A DNA stretch of 62,197 nt, counting the filler, from Asterionella formosa (lineage: Eukaryota), in NCBI GenBank assembly GCA_002256025.1. It is 27 parts of 27 records of this genome, joined end to end, with 100 filler letters (N's around TTAATTAATTAA, not from the genome) between each part and the next. Parts side by side here need not be neighbours in the genome. Positions count along the whole stretch, not along the records: positions 59,995 to 62,197 come from NKIB01000238.1; 26 more parts are not named here. One strand, 5' to 3'. Numbering within the stretch: the first letter of the stretch is position 1; every line of letters begins with the position of its first letter. A model generated the notes under the pieces. The model was not told the origin of the DNA, searched no databases, and worked only from the letters and a program-made list of their open reading frames with translations. Position numbers and translations under genes: made by a program. This document shows positions 61,763 to 62,197 of the stretch, one piece after another.

Positions 61763-62197
61763 TTAATGCCGTGTCTTTCAGTAACCCAGCCTACGCGCCC
61801 AAATTGCTTGTATAACTTGTAGGGCCTTCTTGGATTCATTTCGCCATAGAACATGTCGTCGGGACTTCTTTTAGTTACTGAGTTAACTGTACTATTTGTT
61901 AAACATGTACCTGTATGTACCGCCTCTGCCCATAATAGCCCTTGGTACTCATCTGTTAGTTTTGCACTTAGCATCATTGATAGTGCCCTCTGTTGCACAA
62001 TGACAAAACCGCGTTCCACTACACCATTGTGTTGTGGAGTGTGCGGGGCAGTAAATTCCATTTTTATACCGCGATTTTCACATACCTTTCTCAATTGTTT
62101 AGTATTCTCGCCTGCGTCATCGCAACGGACATACTTTGTCTTGTGACCGGCTCTGGCTAAACTTAATAGTAAAGCTTCAATGACTGTTCCGATATCG
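61763..62197 (-). mobile_element. Ty1/Copia integrase core fragment
   Basis: YVRCDDAGEN, EFTAPHTPQHNGVVER and LWAEAV. Confidence 0.9.

Overview
This is not one contiguous locus. It is 27 unrelated contigs of about 2.2 kb joined by 100-bp artificial spacers (N44-TTAATTAATTAA-N44), so gene neighbourhood is meaningful only within a contig. The source is a eukaryote, most likely a diatom (inference from GT-AG introns, CoDi-type Copia elements, a mitochondrion-targeted pyruvate kinase and TTAGGG repeats). Host genes include a METTL21-like methyltransferase, a CPSF30-YTH-DCD fusion, pyruvate kinase, a glucokinase with a C-terminal TM helix, a vWA/Cache protein, a signal-peptide ubiquitin-like protein, a Crinkler-like gene with a duplicated N-terminal domain, and GNAT and 2OG-Fe(II) fragments. 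Much of the rest is transposon debris: Gypsy, Copia, non-LTR, pogo, Tc1-like, Plavaka-like, Crypton-like and MITEs. The best leads are three. (1) A DD35D pogo transposon carries, inside its TIR, a convergent small Cys/His-bearing HIRAN-like gene; the same TIR recurs on another contig, interrupting a signal-peptide ORF. (2) CPSF30 is fused to two tandem PUA-like modified-base reader domains, YTH and DCD. (3) Pervasive TA-[CC..GG]-TA arrays look like stacked excision footprints of such TA-targeting transposons. All family calls come from visual motif recognition; no database search was run.
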